A stretch of 64,000 nt of DNA from a virus: the IMG/VR virus record IMGVR_UViG_3300021425_000005; one strand, given 5' to 3'. The notes below the pieces were generated by a model. That model saw only the letters and a list, made by a program, of their open reading frames with translations, had not been told where the DNA came from and did no database searches. Positions within the stretch are counted from its first letter, which is position 1. Each line of letters begins with the position of its first letter. The position numbers were made by a program, and so were the translations under genes. This document shows positions 20,601 to 29,481 of the stretch, in pieces.

Positions 20601-20636
20601 ATCGAAATATGGACTTGTGTTTAGATTGAGAGCCAT
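14646..20636 (-). CDS. Large baseplate/tail structural protein (VrlC/DUF4815-like)
   Basis: NLNTSPYFDNFD..ILFKPGVAVQARELTQLQ, NAPGADRYK, YYLPRIDK, RLEYYTSL, DPVAQTF, NLRAIAL. Confidence 0.85.
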   Translation of the reverse strand: MALNLNTSPYFDNFDEAKKFARILFKPGVAVQARELTQLQTMLQDSIENFADHMFKDGARVKGANGTILKRDFIKINDLDAASATVSNDTLENYIGDTVTGGTSGLTAKISKTATGLDTDAVDKKTLYLDYIQGSSTGAYLHFEAGETLTVTSTDSGRNGDTFVVDNGVDANDPTRNYFGKGLDFVIEDGILYINGYFVYHDQQEITLEKYKLTANAYVGVTFTDSKVTADDDSTLNDPATGTFNFNAPGADRYKVSTTIAKLGLTETNNSDFVSLYTVEDGRLSRGDDVGDLDFYNKLGATLASRTKEESGNYVIRNFEVTVREHLKTAENRGYLTSANGGSADHIAVGVGRGLAYVNGYRREFLSPTYVKVEKANDTVIEEGFTTSTSYGNYVLVDEVAGNWNLKEGAVVKFGDTASDAATDGTYSIHAAPSTIIGQARVRQVRYDSGTIGDAACQYRLYLYDIRMTAGEFANIRTIYHNDSNINGFADPVLESSKAVLKEAKQNTLVFRSPYRAAKTLATDTGGTYDNNYTYQKDFTVEFTTSGTSTLTVTGTETFPYSSTPTQTQLDTEFYMVWHADVTIDATTYKAGEPFRLTSAMITSISNTAVNIDVGTTLSAATDATIKVKVKQTDVTPTPKNALNSRYVKIDTSTNEEGAVGPWNLGLTDVYEIEAVYVDGSAYSESGTDYKSQFILDNGQTDNFYGHSKLIKKPSATISTTSKYIVVKLSHFDPNYGGSVGSYFAVDSYPVDDTGASGIYTYQIPVYRSQKLGSFDLRDCIDFRPYVENTATSATTMAGASENPLETFQLKSISGGYEMPIPTESYTTDAEYYLPRIDKVVLSEKGNIEVLQGASRIGPRAPVTPVTVMELATINIPPYPSLSPYIGRISNRKDYSCNVSLRQNKRFTMADIGAIEKRINRLEYYTSLNMLEKDTANLTITDASGLDRFKNGIFINNFADHKLSNLRDPDFNAAVDTQRKYLTTNFYEEQIDVIYDSVNSTGVQKTGNLLTLPYTLVDNQRNINASKSRNCIGALLFNYKGDLELYPQSDNFVAMEDGGDIVVEQNAIGQALEQFADNLNNAGIVNGIETSMTGTPSNDPQDVAFGGSDTFQDMGGIRGQVEFTGGVQFDASFEQTVESDDLQQAVDVLTIESTGNDVVTENFGDRIIDIGFSPFMRSQNVTFHATRLKPNTRMYAYFDGDDVAEHTRPLTYSTFTSALSSGVANFWSDFNETTNDYGDALVTDSEGRLAAQFRIPESTFRIGEKVLRLTDDSLNRDDFTTSSCDATFTSFGLDAVSQGVITSTQVPSFATDTIQGDPQTIANLVTDVRVEDITSNVNVDFEATTYDPVAQTFLITQEDGMFCPAIDLYFRKKSSTDGITIQIREVVNGYPGSRIVPYGSKYLSPSDVNVSTEAGDGTVTFAATQVTFDSPLFLEGGREYCIVTLPQANSPDYEVWVSELGKNKVGTTERIVAEDVSSGILFISANNRTWNAFQAEDLMHRIYRCRFTTGTNGIAKFTNGPIDYLKMTDFTSGAFKAGDSLHAFDITINSGGSGHAVNDIITLTGFGNGTGLKVKVTTESSGVITGFEIDSMGSGYTADGTAITQSATTGAGTSATFDIVTKTGSIERYSKLFDVARTQLTKSDFDVSDIISNGTTQGTLSAIENKIYNSILLNFGELVLPKTTISHQYDGTQSTGVSSKGTTSRKLVKGEKQITTKEYAVYSKSNEDADLSSDKSFNNQATLSSTSEFISPVIDLSRCGFITTKNNVNNDSTNEDSQNSGNALSKYISKRVKLADGQESQDLRVYLDQQTPIGSEVKVYGKFLAAEDDADFRNELDWFELSLVSTPDNSGLSQTKFIEYEYQIANANLNGDDVLSYSVDRVDATSVTAGGSGYTSAPTVTFTGGTAIRQAKGYAVLSAGAVSEIVITDPGRYETGSAAPTITITGGGGSSATATATLGATTYTEFKEFAVKIVMLTENTSNVPRLKNLRAIALQV

Positions 20637-20645
20637 CTCTTTACC

Positions 20646-22250
20646 TTAAAAATTGAATACCACTTTGAGAGTTTCTACCTGATTTTCATCCCGCGTAATA
20701 GGTCGGCGGTTGTCAATATATAAAATCTCACCAGAGTGATTGCTTATTTCTGGATCTGTTACTGTATTTATAGTGATTCCTGTGTCGCCTGTCGTAACAT
20801 TTGTAAAAGTTGACGAAACATTGATTCCTGGAAACTTCTCAAGTAAATATACTGTATCTATATTTCCGTCACCAGAAGCGTCAATCTTCTGAATTACCGA
20901 GAACTCTCCGCCGTCATCAGTTGTCAACTTATCATCAAGATTAAACTTAGATGCATCAGCTGTATCGATTGTCACGACATGACATGGAGTTCCAACAGCA
21001 CTTGTGAAAGTTGCAGACTCATCATATGTATGCATATTCTTGATGAATCCAACTTGTCTGAACTCGTTACCAACAATGACATCTGCATCATCACTTGTAA
21101 ACGATACTGTAACACCAACATTTTTAGCGAATAGTTCTCTTGGAGGATTACCGCCGTGACCCGAAACAGGAGAAACAACAGGTCTCAATACAGCACCAGT
21201 TCCGTTACCAACAGTTTGTTGTATTTCTAGTTCAACAAATGTATAACCTTGACCTGGATCTGTAACTTGAATGTCAGTAATTGTGCCAGCTTCGTTTACA
21301 GTAGCTGAAGCTGTGGCGTTGGTTCCGTCGCCCTTCACATTGATGACAATGTCTCCTTCAACATAGTCAACACCTCCTGATGTAACAACAATTCTATCTA
21401 GAGTTCCACTCACCGCCGCTGCTTCAACAGCAGACTGGAGACTAGGAGTTTCAGTAGAACCCAAAGAGGCTGTAGCTGTAGCACCTGAACCGCCACCGCC
21501 TGTTAATTTAACAAAAGCGAATGAATATCCACGACCTTCGCTGGTGATTGTTATAGAATCGACTTCTCCAGCTGTAACAGAGGCAGTAGCGACAGCACCA
21601 GTTCCATCACCTTCGATAACTACGGTAGGTGCTGATGTATATCCAGAACCACCTGCTGTAACAGTAATAGAGTCTAATTCACCATTAACATCAAAGGCTG
21701 GATTACCAGCACCAGCAACTTTTCTTACAGGAATAAAATCATCATTCAGAAACTTAGTTCTGTCAGCCGAGCCAACTTGAAACATAAACTTCCAAATATA
21801 ACCATCATCAAGTTCAAAGGTATCTGTAGCAGTTGAAGTTGGTTTGATAGTGCTTTGAGAGTTATTATTATTATCTAAGCATTTATAGACATTAAACTCA
21901 TCAGTAATCACATAAAACTTTGCGTCTGCTAGATTAGTAGCACCAGAAAATGCAGGATGATTATCGGCGTATTCATCATCATACTGATCATAAACAGTTC
22001 CTGATTCCCAATCATATCTTGGTGCAAGTGTAACGACATCAGAAGCCTGAATACGCTTCACAAAAAGCATATCGTGACGATATTGTGCTTGATAATATTG
22101 TGAATCTCGTGGGGTTTCAGGTGTAGTGTCATCTTCCCATGCGCGTGCACGGGATGCGAAGACATAAAAGAAATCATTCTCATTATAGATGTCTCTATAA
22201 AAAGAACGAGCGTTTTCTACTCTAGCAGCTTCTCTTAGTAGCAAAGTCAT
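20646..22250 (-). CDS. gp8: Baseplate wedge gp8
   Basis: FYVITDEFNVYKCLDNN, DGYIWKFMF, SGEILYIDNRRPITR motifs. Confidence 0.85.
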   Translation of the reverse strand: MTLLLREAARVENARSFYRDIYNENDFFYVFASRARAWEDDTTPETPRDSQYYQAQYRHDMLFVKRIQASDVVTLAPRYDWESGTVYDQYDDEYADNHPAFSGATNLADAKFYVITDEFNVYKCLDNNNNSQSTIKPTSTATDTFELDDGYIWKFMFQVGSADRTKFLNDDFIPVRKVAGAGNPAFDVNGELDSITVTAGGSGYTSAPTVVIEGDGTGAVATASVTAGEVDSITITSEGRGYSFAFVKLTGGGGSGATATASLGSTETPSLQSAVEAAAVSGTLDRIVVTSGGVDYVEGDIVINVKGDGTNATASATVNEAGTITDIQVTDPGQGYTFVELEIQQTVGNGTGAVLRPVVSPVSGHGGNPPRELFAKNVGVTVSFTSDDADVIVGNEFRQVGFIKNMHTYDESATFTSAVGTPCHVVTIDTADASKFNLDDKLTTDDGGEFSVIQKIDASGDGNIDTVYLLEKFPGINVSSTFTNVTTGDTGITINTVTDPEISNHSGEILYIDNRRPITRDENQVETLKVVFNF

Positions 22251-22271
22251 TTCTAACTCCTAGTTTAAGGT

Positions 22272-22733
22272 TTAGGAGTCAGAAACTGTAAGCGTCCAAG
22301 TGATTTTTAGTGTATCAGCAGCACCTTTGTTCACAACTGAGAAAGTTGTGCGGCAAAGCATAGTTCCAGATGAAGAAGCGTTAAACACGCCAGCTTCAGT
22401 AACAGCACCTGTGCCTGTGCCTGCTGGGAAGTCACCTACATATTCAACAGTATTAGTTGAAACAGTTTGTGATGTAAGAGCAACACGAGAGGAAGCAATA
22501 GCTGTTTCCAAAGCAGTGTCGCCAGCGGCTGGAGCAGTTGTGCCTGTGCCAACTTCCATGTGTGACATACGAGTTGCAGGTGAAGATGCGCCGAGACGGT
22601 CAGCAATATGCTCGAGACCATCATCAACAACAAGGTTCTTCACTTTTCTTTCTTCTTTGAGTTCACCGTTTGGACCAAACACTTGAATGTGCACACGTCC
22701 AGCGGCTCTCATTTTTTCAGCGTCAAAAAACAT
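22272..22733 (-). CDS. Virion structural protein
   Basis: NLVVDDG..GTGTTAP..TEAGVFN..VVNKGAADTLKITW; preceded by late promoters. Confidence 0.6.
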   Translation of the reverse strand: MFFDAEKMRAAGRVHIQVFGPNGELKEERKVKNLVVDDGLEHIADRLGASSPATRMSHMEVGTGTTAPAAGDTALETAIASSRVALTSQTVSTNTVEYVGDFPAGTGTGAVTEAGVFNASSSGTMLCRTTFSVVNKGAADTLKITWTLTVSDS

Positions 22734-22766
22734 TTAATTCTCCTAGTTTTATGCTAAATTGTTTTT

Positions 22767-22786
22767 TATTTATAACGATATTTATA
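22767..22786 (-). promoter_or_regulatory. Tandem late promoters (2x TATAAATA)
   Basis: TATTTATA at 22767-22774 and 22779-22786. Confidence 0.75.
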
Positions 22787-22788
22787 AG

Positions 22789-25700
22789 TTATGAGATGTT
22801 TCTGGCTTCACCAACATAATCTTCAGCAAAGTAATCACCAGCATAGTTTTGTGCGATAATTTGTCCAGACTCACCGAAAGAGGCTGTATCCGTTCTTGCA
22901 CTACCGAACAACAATACATCGCTTTCGTCAACAGTTGGGCTTTCAGTTTTACCTAATCCTGGCTCTTTATTGGTAATAACATCTTGCCAGTCTACACTAT
23001 CTTCCTTAACTAATCCTGGCTCCAAAGAAGGAGCATCACTAATATCTATACTGTCAGTTTTAAACAAGTTTGGACTAATAACAACAGCTTCTGACCAATC
23101 TATGGATTCGGTTGGTGTTCTGAAGATAAACTTCAATGTAACAACGACCTCAGACCAATCTACACTGTCGGTAACATTATTCTTATTGAAATCTTTTCCA
23201 ACAGCCTCTGACCAGTCAACAGAATCTTCTTTGCCCATTGTAACATCGAACTTATCTACTGCATCGTCGAAAGAAGGGGTTTCAAACTTACCAAGATTTG
23301 GGAACAACAGAATTGTATCATCTGATGCACCTGTTCTCTGATCAGACCAATCAACGCTATCAGTAATAGCTGGTTTGTGGAAGAATAACACTGGGGCGTC
23401 ATCAACAGAAGGTGTCTCAATTTCAGCAAACAGACGGAATACAATTACATCTGGTGTCGCATTATATCCTGCGCCCATATTAACAGTTTGCTTAATCTGT
23501 AAGTCTGTCCAAGCAATCATACCTGCTGGGTGAGCGATACGATCTAGAAGTTCGCCCCACTCAGTTTTAGGTCTTGCTGCACGAATTTGATATGAGAAGT
23601 TTTGATAGACAGCGTTGTCTTGAAGTTTATTTGCGTCAGAAACAAACCCTTGCGAGTTTTTAAAAGATCCAGGATATGAATGAGAGAAACCTGTTTTACA
23701 TGTAATCGTGGCAGTCTCATCATTACTTGACCTCAATATGAAATCAAAGGTCGAACGCTGAAAGCCTGTGCCAGTCGAAACAACTTCAACAATTGTTGGA
23801 TAGTTGTCTTCGTCAATCGCTTTAACTCGGACTAATGCGTTGTTCTCAATACCTGTAAGGGTATAATCTTCGGCGAAATAGTCAATAGCATAAACACCAA
23901 GAATATCACCTGTTTCCTGGACTGCGAAAGTATCGCCAATAGAAAATCCACCATCAGATGTTCCAGTATTCGTTTTTAGAGTAGCAGAGTTCAACACTCT
24001 GGTCAAAAATGCTGTTTTATTGGAAATATTATCACTGACGCCTTCAAGTCCAATCCAAGATCTCACAGAATCTGTATTTAAAACAAGGTCAGGAACATTG
24101 TTATATCCGACGCCCTGAACATTATTTACAAAAACTGTGCTTGTAATAACGCCGCTTGTCAATCTTGTGTCAATAACAGCATCAGTTGTTGGAGTATCGC
24201 CACCAGTTGGTAGGATAACTACAGAAGGGTTAGCAGAGTAACCTGCACCACCGTCATCAATAGTGACAGAGAAAATTTTACCTTCAGTAATTGTAGCAAC
24301 ATCAAATGTTAGGTCAGCACCACCGCCGCCGCCAAGAAGCGAATCAGGAATAGTTATAGTTTCATCAGGGGCGTAATCGTCGCCCACTGTATCAACAGTA
24401 ACTGTGGCAGCTCCTGATCCATCCACAACGATAGTGAATTCAGCCCCTGTTCCATTTCCATCTGTTGTAAAACCGCTGTCAATATCATATGTTCCTGAAG
24501 TCCTCAGAACATCAGCAGCTCCGATATTATCAACTGTTGCGATTTTACCGCCGATAACAGCTGTGAGTTGACCTTCAACTCCTGGACCAGGAATAACAGT
24601 CCCTGAAGGAATGTCAACAGTCAACTCATATGCAGCTGGGTTTGTGTAAGCAACTTTACGAGCACGTGTGACTGATGTATTGATTATTTTTCTTGCTGTG
24701 ATTGAGGCGACTGATTCATAATAATGAATATCAACTCGGCGACCCCTTAAATCAAATGGGTCTGAGACTGGAGTAATCTCATCATTCGCATATACTTTAA
24801 TTGTAACTTCAGTTTGCCAAATACCATCAGAAGGTTTGAGGATAAACTCTGAAGGAAGAAATACTTCTACATCTTCATTATACATGAGTTTGAAGAACTC
24901 TTCAACGCCCCTCCTAGAACCCTTCGCCCCAAAAAACTGACGAATATTTTTAATAAGGAGACGCTTGTCAACCTCAGCAGTAGCTGGGAAGTCGAGAGCA
25001 TATGTTTCCAAGAATGGGTCAAGAAAACTACCATCATAATGGTCAAGATTAAGTTTATCGATAAGTTCTTGGAGGAGATAGTTCGGACTTTGATTGTAAT
25101 CATTATCTTCAATTCCCAGATCTGCATAACCATCATCACCAAGATCCATAAAAGTATAATAATCTTTTAAGAATTTCGCAAATGCTGGATAATCGTCTCT
25201 GATGAATTCAGGAATCTGAGAATCGACAATGTAATTCATATTCTCATGAAAATAGTTCGGAATCCGAGCGATAGTTTGTAGAACTGGTGTGAATAATGCC
25301 CCTGTGCCACCACCTTTTAGTTGGGCGACCGTGAATGTCATATCAGCAGCACCATTTGTGCCACCGATTGCGTTATCAGTAATCGTTACAGTTTCGCCTT
25401 CCATATAATGAAGACCAGATGTTGTAACATTTACTGATGTTACATCACCGCTAGAATCAACAACAACTGTAGCAATGGCATTAATACCATCTTTCATAGA
25501 AGTTACTGCTACGCCTGTATATGTTCCCTCATCGCGGCGAGAATCTGCAGAACCAGTAAATGTTAGAGAAGAAGTTCCTGTTTGAATACCTGATTGAACA
25601 TAAATTTCTGGTATATCACCATAACCGTCTCCTGGTTCTGTGATATTTACTGCAGCAATATGACCATTTTGAATATCTAATGTTGCCGTGGCACGAACCT

Positions 25701-25836
25701 GATCAGATTCAGGTGAGCCAGAAGGTTCACTGATGAAGAGAGTAACTTCGCCTGGAATAGACGAATAGTTTGCGCCTGCATTATCAATGGTAATGCTTTC
25801 AATAAATCTTCTAAACTTTGGTGCAGAACGAGCCAT
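22789..25836 (-). CDS. gp7: Baseplate wedge gp7-like
   Basis: QIPEFIRDDYP, KNIRQFFGAKGS, LKPSDGIW, LQDNAVYQNFSY, HPAG; between gp6 and gp8. Confidence 0.8.
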   Translation of the reverse strand: MARSAPKFRRFIESITIDNAGANYSSIPGEVTLFISEPSGSPESDQVRATATLDIQNGHIAAVNITEPGDGYGDIPEIYVQSGIQTGTSSLTFTGSADSRRDEGTYTGVAVTSMKDGINAIATVVVDSSGDVTSVNVTTSGLHYMEGETVTITDNAIGGTNGAADMTFTVAQLKGGGTGALFTPVLQTIARIPNYFHENMNYIVDSQIPEFIRDDYPAFAKFLKDYYTFMDLGDDGYADLGIEDNDYNQSPNYLLQELIDKLNLDHYDGSFLDPFLETYALDFPATAEVDKRLLIKNIRQFFGAKGSRRGVEEFFKLMYNEDVEVFLPSEFILKPSDGIWQTEVTIKVYANDEITPVSDPFDLRGRRVDIHYYESVASITARKIINTSVTRARKVAYTNPAAYELTVDIPSGTVIPGPGVEGQLTAVIGGKIATVDNIGAADVLRTSGTYDIDSGFTTDGNGTGAEFTIVVDGSGAATVTVDTVGDDYAPDETITIPDSLLGGGGGADLTFDVATITEGKIFSVTIDDGGAGYSANPSVVILPTGGDTPTTDAVIDTRLTSGVITSTVFVNNVQGVGYNNVPDLVLNTDSVRSWIGLEGVSDNISNKTAFLTRVLNSATLKTNTGTSDGGFSIGDTFAVQETGDILGVYAIDYFAEDYTLTGIENNALVRVKAIDEDNYPTIVEVVSTGTGFQRSTFDFILRSSNDETATITCKTGFSHSYPGSFKNSQGFVSDANKLQDNAVYQNFSYQIRAARPKTEWGELLDRIAHPAGMIAWTDLQIKQTVNMGAGYNATPDVIVFRLFAEIETPSVDDAPVLFFHKPAITDSVDWSDQRTGASDDTILLFPNLGKFETPSFDDAVDKFDVTMGKEDSVDWSEAVGKDFNKNNVTDSVDWSEVVVTLKFIFRTPTESIDWSEAVVISPNLFKTDSIDISDAPSLEPGLVKEDSVDWQDVITNKEPGLGKTESPTVDESDVLLFGSARTDTASFGESGQIIAQNYAGDYFAEDYVGEARNIS

Positions 25837-27759
25837 TTAAATATCCGAAATTTTAGCTTCCATTGTTACAGTAGTTCCTGCTCTGATATTATTTGGAATA
25901 TCGGCAGTAGTTTTGTCTTGAACCAAAATATAGTTTTTAGAAGCAGTAGGAACAACAGCTGAATCTGATGTAGCTGCAGTTCTTCTCAAAACATCAGTTT
26001 TAATATCTCGGGCACTTTCATGGGGTTGGACTGAAAGGAGCAACTTTGTTTGCGATCCCGAGATAGAAACAATATCTAAGTTATTTAAAGTGATAAGTCC
26101 TGTATCATAATCGATCTCACCAGCATTAGCATCAATAATAACATTTTTATCCGATGTCTTCAGCTGAATAACACCTTTACCGTTATATGCAGGGGCAACA
26201 ACATCATCATTAGGTTTATCTGAAATATATACTGAATATGTGGCATTATTGATTCTAGCAGTGAAAAACCCACTACTAACTGATGATGGCTGAAGTTTGT
26301 TATTATAAGGAACTGTATATTTAACAATTGTATTCAACGATGGTGTAATTTCTTTTGTTAGTCGCATTTCTAGATTAACAGCGATAAAAGATTTAGAACG
26401 CCCAACGATTCTAGAAGAAAGAACAGAATAATAAAAGTTTTTATCCAAACTATTCAGTTCGTTTAAGAAATAGTTGTCAATTTCAGTTGTGACAATTTGA
26501 GACAAAGCACCAGCTGTTTGAGTTGTTTTCTTAGAGTCATATGTAACCTTAACACCAAGACCAATATGAGTGTATTCAGGGTCAACGAACTCCGATGTTA
26601 TTGAAACAGGCTGACGTGGCTCAATTGTCTCGCGCAACAAAGTATCTTTATCATCTTGCGTGATAATCAGACCATCTTTTGGCTGCAAGGATATAAAGAC
26701 CTTACCGTAAATTGGTGGATCATTATCTTCGCCGCCCCAAACAGCCACTGACTTAACATTAGGGTTGGCAGAGAGAATAAGTGCTTGGTAATCGTTAGTT
26801 GTAACAGCACGGTTTTTAGTTGCATTGAAACGAGGGGCGTTAAAACGAATGCTATCAACAGATTCCTGAGCCGAGCCGCCAGAAGATTCTGATACAGTTG
26901 TTAGAGAAACAGTTTCACCAGAACCTGTGAGAACTGAGGGAGCAGTAAATGTTTTTACACCATTAGCAACTTCACCATTTGTTGCTATGTATTGTAATCT
27001 AACAATATTACCAGCATTGAGTTTCTTACCGAGAACGCCATCGCCAAACCTAACTTCATAGAAACCATTAGAGGCTTCTTCAATATAAAACACAGTTGAT
27101 GATGATTTCACATCAAGAATATTGTCTGAGAAAGTAAATGTGGTCAAATTGGTGTCAGAAATACTATCTTGAATAGAACATGTAACTGTCGTTGTGTCAA
27201 CATCAGGGTTAGCCATCAACACTGGACCAGATAAGGTGTTCACATCTACAATCTCAGAATTGTCAACCAATGAACCCTCTTTTATATTAACATTTGTGAA
27301 ATAGAAGCCATCTACTTCTACGCCACCGATAGTTTTTTTGGTTTTGTTTACTGTATAATCTTTATCTGGGAAAAACTTAAATGTTTTACCATTAACCGCT
27401 GCAGTAAATGCCTTTGATTTCGTGAGGGTGAAAGAACCTTGTGTATATGTAGATGATGGGATAACATCAATATTAATAACAGCAGTTGATGCTCTTGCAG
27501 AACGAGCTGTATAACCCATGGTTTTTGCAATCGAAGCAATAGAGTTTCTCTTGACAGCTGAATCTAAGAATGCTTCATTAGCCACCATATGTGCGAGATA
27601 AGCATTATATTGAGTGTTGTAGGCAAGCAAATCAATCAGAACTGAAAGACCTGATGCTTCAAAATCATAATCTGCATATGTGTCTTGATCAGACAAATAT
27701 GCTTTTAAATTTGCCTTGATTTTATCAAACTCAAGTTCTGTAAATTTTCTTACTGCCAT
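25837..27759 (-). CDS. gp6: Baseplate wedge gp6
   Basis: DYDFEASGLSVLIDLLAYNT, FGDGVLG, RAVTTNDY, WGGEDNDPPIYGKVFI. Confidence 0.92.
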   Translation of the reverse strand: MAVRKFTELEFDKIKANLKAYLSDQDTYADYDFEASGLSVLIDLLAYNTQYNAYLAHMVANEAFLDSAVKRNSIASIAKTMGYTARSARASTAVINIDVIPSSTYTQGSFTLTKSKAFTAAVNGKTFKFFPDKDYTVNKTKKTIGGVEVDGFYFTNVNIKEGSLVDNSEIVDVNTLSGPVLMANPDVDTTTVTCSIQDSISDTNLTTFTFSDNILDVKSSSTVFYIEEASNGFYEVRFGDGVLGKKLNAGNIVRLQYIATNGEVANGVKTFTAPSVLTGSGETVSLTTVSESSGGSAQESVDSIRFNAPRFNATKNRAVTTNDYQALILSANPNVKSVAVWGGEDNDPPIYGKVFISLQPKDGLIITQDDKDTLLRETIEPRQPVSITSEFVDPEYTHIGLGVKVTYDSKKTTQTAGALSQIVTTEIDNYFLNELNSLDKNFYYSVLSSRIVGRSKSFIAVNLEMRLTKEITPSLNTIVKYTVPYNNKLQPSSVSSGFFTARINNATYSVYISDKPNDDVVAPAYNGKGVIQLKTSDKNVIIDANAGEIDYDTGLITLNNLDIVSISGSQTKLLLSVQPHESARDIKTDVLRRTAATSDSAVVPTASKNYILVQDKTTADIPNNIRAGTTVTMEAKISDI

Positions 27760-27784
27760 TTTTGACTCTTTTTACTTTTATTTA

Positions 27785-28072
27785 TTAGGCTCCGATTTGA
27801 ACCGTCGCGTTAAATGTTGTTGTTACTGGACCACCGCAAGCGGCGACTGATCCGCTGTAAGCAACTCCCTTTCCGTTTATTCTCACTGTCGCTGAACCTG
27901 TAGCAATAGCATTTGCTGGGTGTGTTGTTGAACCACTTGAGTGAGTGGAAACCACATCCCCAATCAATAATATAGGAGAACCACCGCTAGTAACTGTCGC
28001 ATTAGAAGGTGTGATGACACCTGTTCCTGCTGCATCAACCACTGTTCCTGGAGCAATCGCAACACTTGGCAT
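27785..28072 (-). CDS. PAAR spike-tip protein (gp5.4-like)
   Basis: H..HP..IATGSATVRINGKGVA..CG pattern; near gp5. Confidence 0.75.
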   Translation of the reverse strand: MPSVAIAPGTVVDAAGTGVITPSNATVTSGGSPILLIGDVVSTHSSGSTTHPANAIATGSATVRINGKGVAYSGSVAACGGPVTTTFNATVQIGA

Positions 28073-28476
28073 TACCGAAGCCTTTCTAGAATAGTTGTAT
28101 AAACTTGTGGTTCTCTGACACCAATAATATAAAAATCTAATCTAATTTGATACTCATTAGCATCTGGGTCAGAAGAAACTGTTACATTCTCAACACGAAC
28201 TCTTGGTTCATAGTTTTTTATCATAAATTCTATTTCTTTTTCAATAATAGAGCCAGTGAGATAGTCAACAGGTTCAAATAGTAATCCTCTAATACCTGAA
28301 CCAAAATTAGGTTGAAATTTCTTTTCCCCTCTCTGATACATGAAAAGGTTTCCCAAAGATTGTTTTACGGCACTGACATCAATTTTGCGCCCAACATCTT
28401 TTGTGATTGGGTTTATAGCAAAATTTAAGTCAATATCTTTATATAATCTTGCTGGAGTTTTTCTTTTTGTAGCCAT
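28072..28476 (-). CDS. gp25: Baseplate wedge gp25
   Basis: YKDIDLNF, GEKKFQPNFGS, YEPRV, LERLR. Confidence 0.9.
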   Translation of the reverse strand: MATKRKTPARLYKDIDLNFAINPITKDVGRKIDVSAVKQSLGNLFMYQRGEKKFQPNFGSGIRGLLFEPVDYLTGSIIEKEIEFMIKNYEPRVRVENVTVSSDPDANEYQIRLDFYIIGVREPQVYTTILERLR

Positions 28477-28480
28477 ATCC

Positions 28481-28488
28481 TATTTATA
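28481..28488 (-). promoter_or_regulatory. Late promoter TATAAATA
   Basis: Exact consensus 4 nt upstream of the gp25 ATG. Confidence 0.75.
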
Positions 28489-28489
28489 C

Positions 28490-29470
28490 TTACCATTCCT
28501 GATATTTTCTTTTTTCTAATGTGCTTCTTCCAGGAAATCCAGTTCCTCTCTGTGTCTTAGAATAAGGAATCGCAGCAAGTGCAGCAGCTTGTGTTCTTTT
28601 CGTGGCTGCCAGATATCTGTCGGTAATTTTCCCTGATTCCTCAAGACTTGCACCAGATAAAGATTTACCAAAATTTTTTGCCTGCTGTTTATCAAATGCT
28701 TCTTTAGCAGCCTTATATTCAACTTCAGATTCTTCTAATTCGGCAAAAGCAGCATCTTGTTTCTCATACCAAACCTTTTCATCTTTTGCTCTTGCTTCTC
28801 TATATCTTTCTTTTTCTTCGTTGGAAACCTTAACTTCTTTTTTATTTTTACCAAATATCAATTCAGAAAATCCGCCTACAGAATCATCCTCTGCAACTGC
28901 ATCTTTTGCTGATTTAGCCTTATCTAGTGCACCCGAATAAACATCCTCATATCTTTTTTGTATTGCAAACTTTACTTGTTTTACAGGGTTTTTGGGTCTT
29001 TTAAGAGTCCCTGAAACCTGTTTACCTTTTTCAACGAACTCACCATATCTTGTTTGAATGTTTGGAATAATCTCACAGAGTTTAGTTAAGTCACCACCAA
29101 GATCGTTAATAGCACCAAGAAGTTCTTCTGGGTCACCATAGTCTACATTACCATATTTCTCTGCTAAACCTTCGACAAATTCAACCTTTTCCAAAGTTTC
29201 GCCAACAAGTCTATTACCAGCTTCAATATATTGTTGAAACTCTAACGGCAATGATGGTATTAAATGTTCAATCAAAGCCAATGGATCGTCAAGAAGTTCT
29301 TTTAGGAGTTGCAGGTCTTGATAAACCTGAACAGCGAGCTGCACTTCAGCGTATCCAGGAATTGTTGCAATTTTCTTGGGAAGAGCAGAAATTGCCAACT
29401 CAGCCTGATCAACGACATTATTGATTCCATCAACTAACTGTTGAACTGATTCTGCTGGTCCACAACTCAT
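28490..29470 (-). CDS. Hypothetical protein between gp5 and gp25
   Basis: 326-aa helical ORF in the baseplate operon. Confidence 0.6.
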   Translation of the reverse strand: MSCGPAESVQQLVDGINNVVDQAELAISALPKKIATIPGYAEVQLAVQVYQDLQLLKELLDDPLALIEHLIPSLPLEFQQYIEAGNRLVGETLEKVEFVEGLAEKYGNVDYGDPEELLGAINDLGGDLTKLCEIIPNIQTRYGEFVEKGKQVSGTLKRPKNPVKQVKFAIQKRYEDVYSGALDKAKSAKDAVAEDDSVGGFSELIFGKNKKEVKVSNEEKERYREARAKDEKVWYEKQDAAFAELEESEVEYKAAKEAFDKQQAKNFGKSLSGASLEESGKITDRYLAATKRTQAAALAAIPYSKTQRGTGFPGRSTLEKRKYQEW

Positions 29471-29481
29471 TTCTTATCCCC

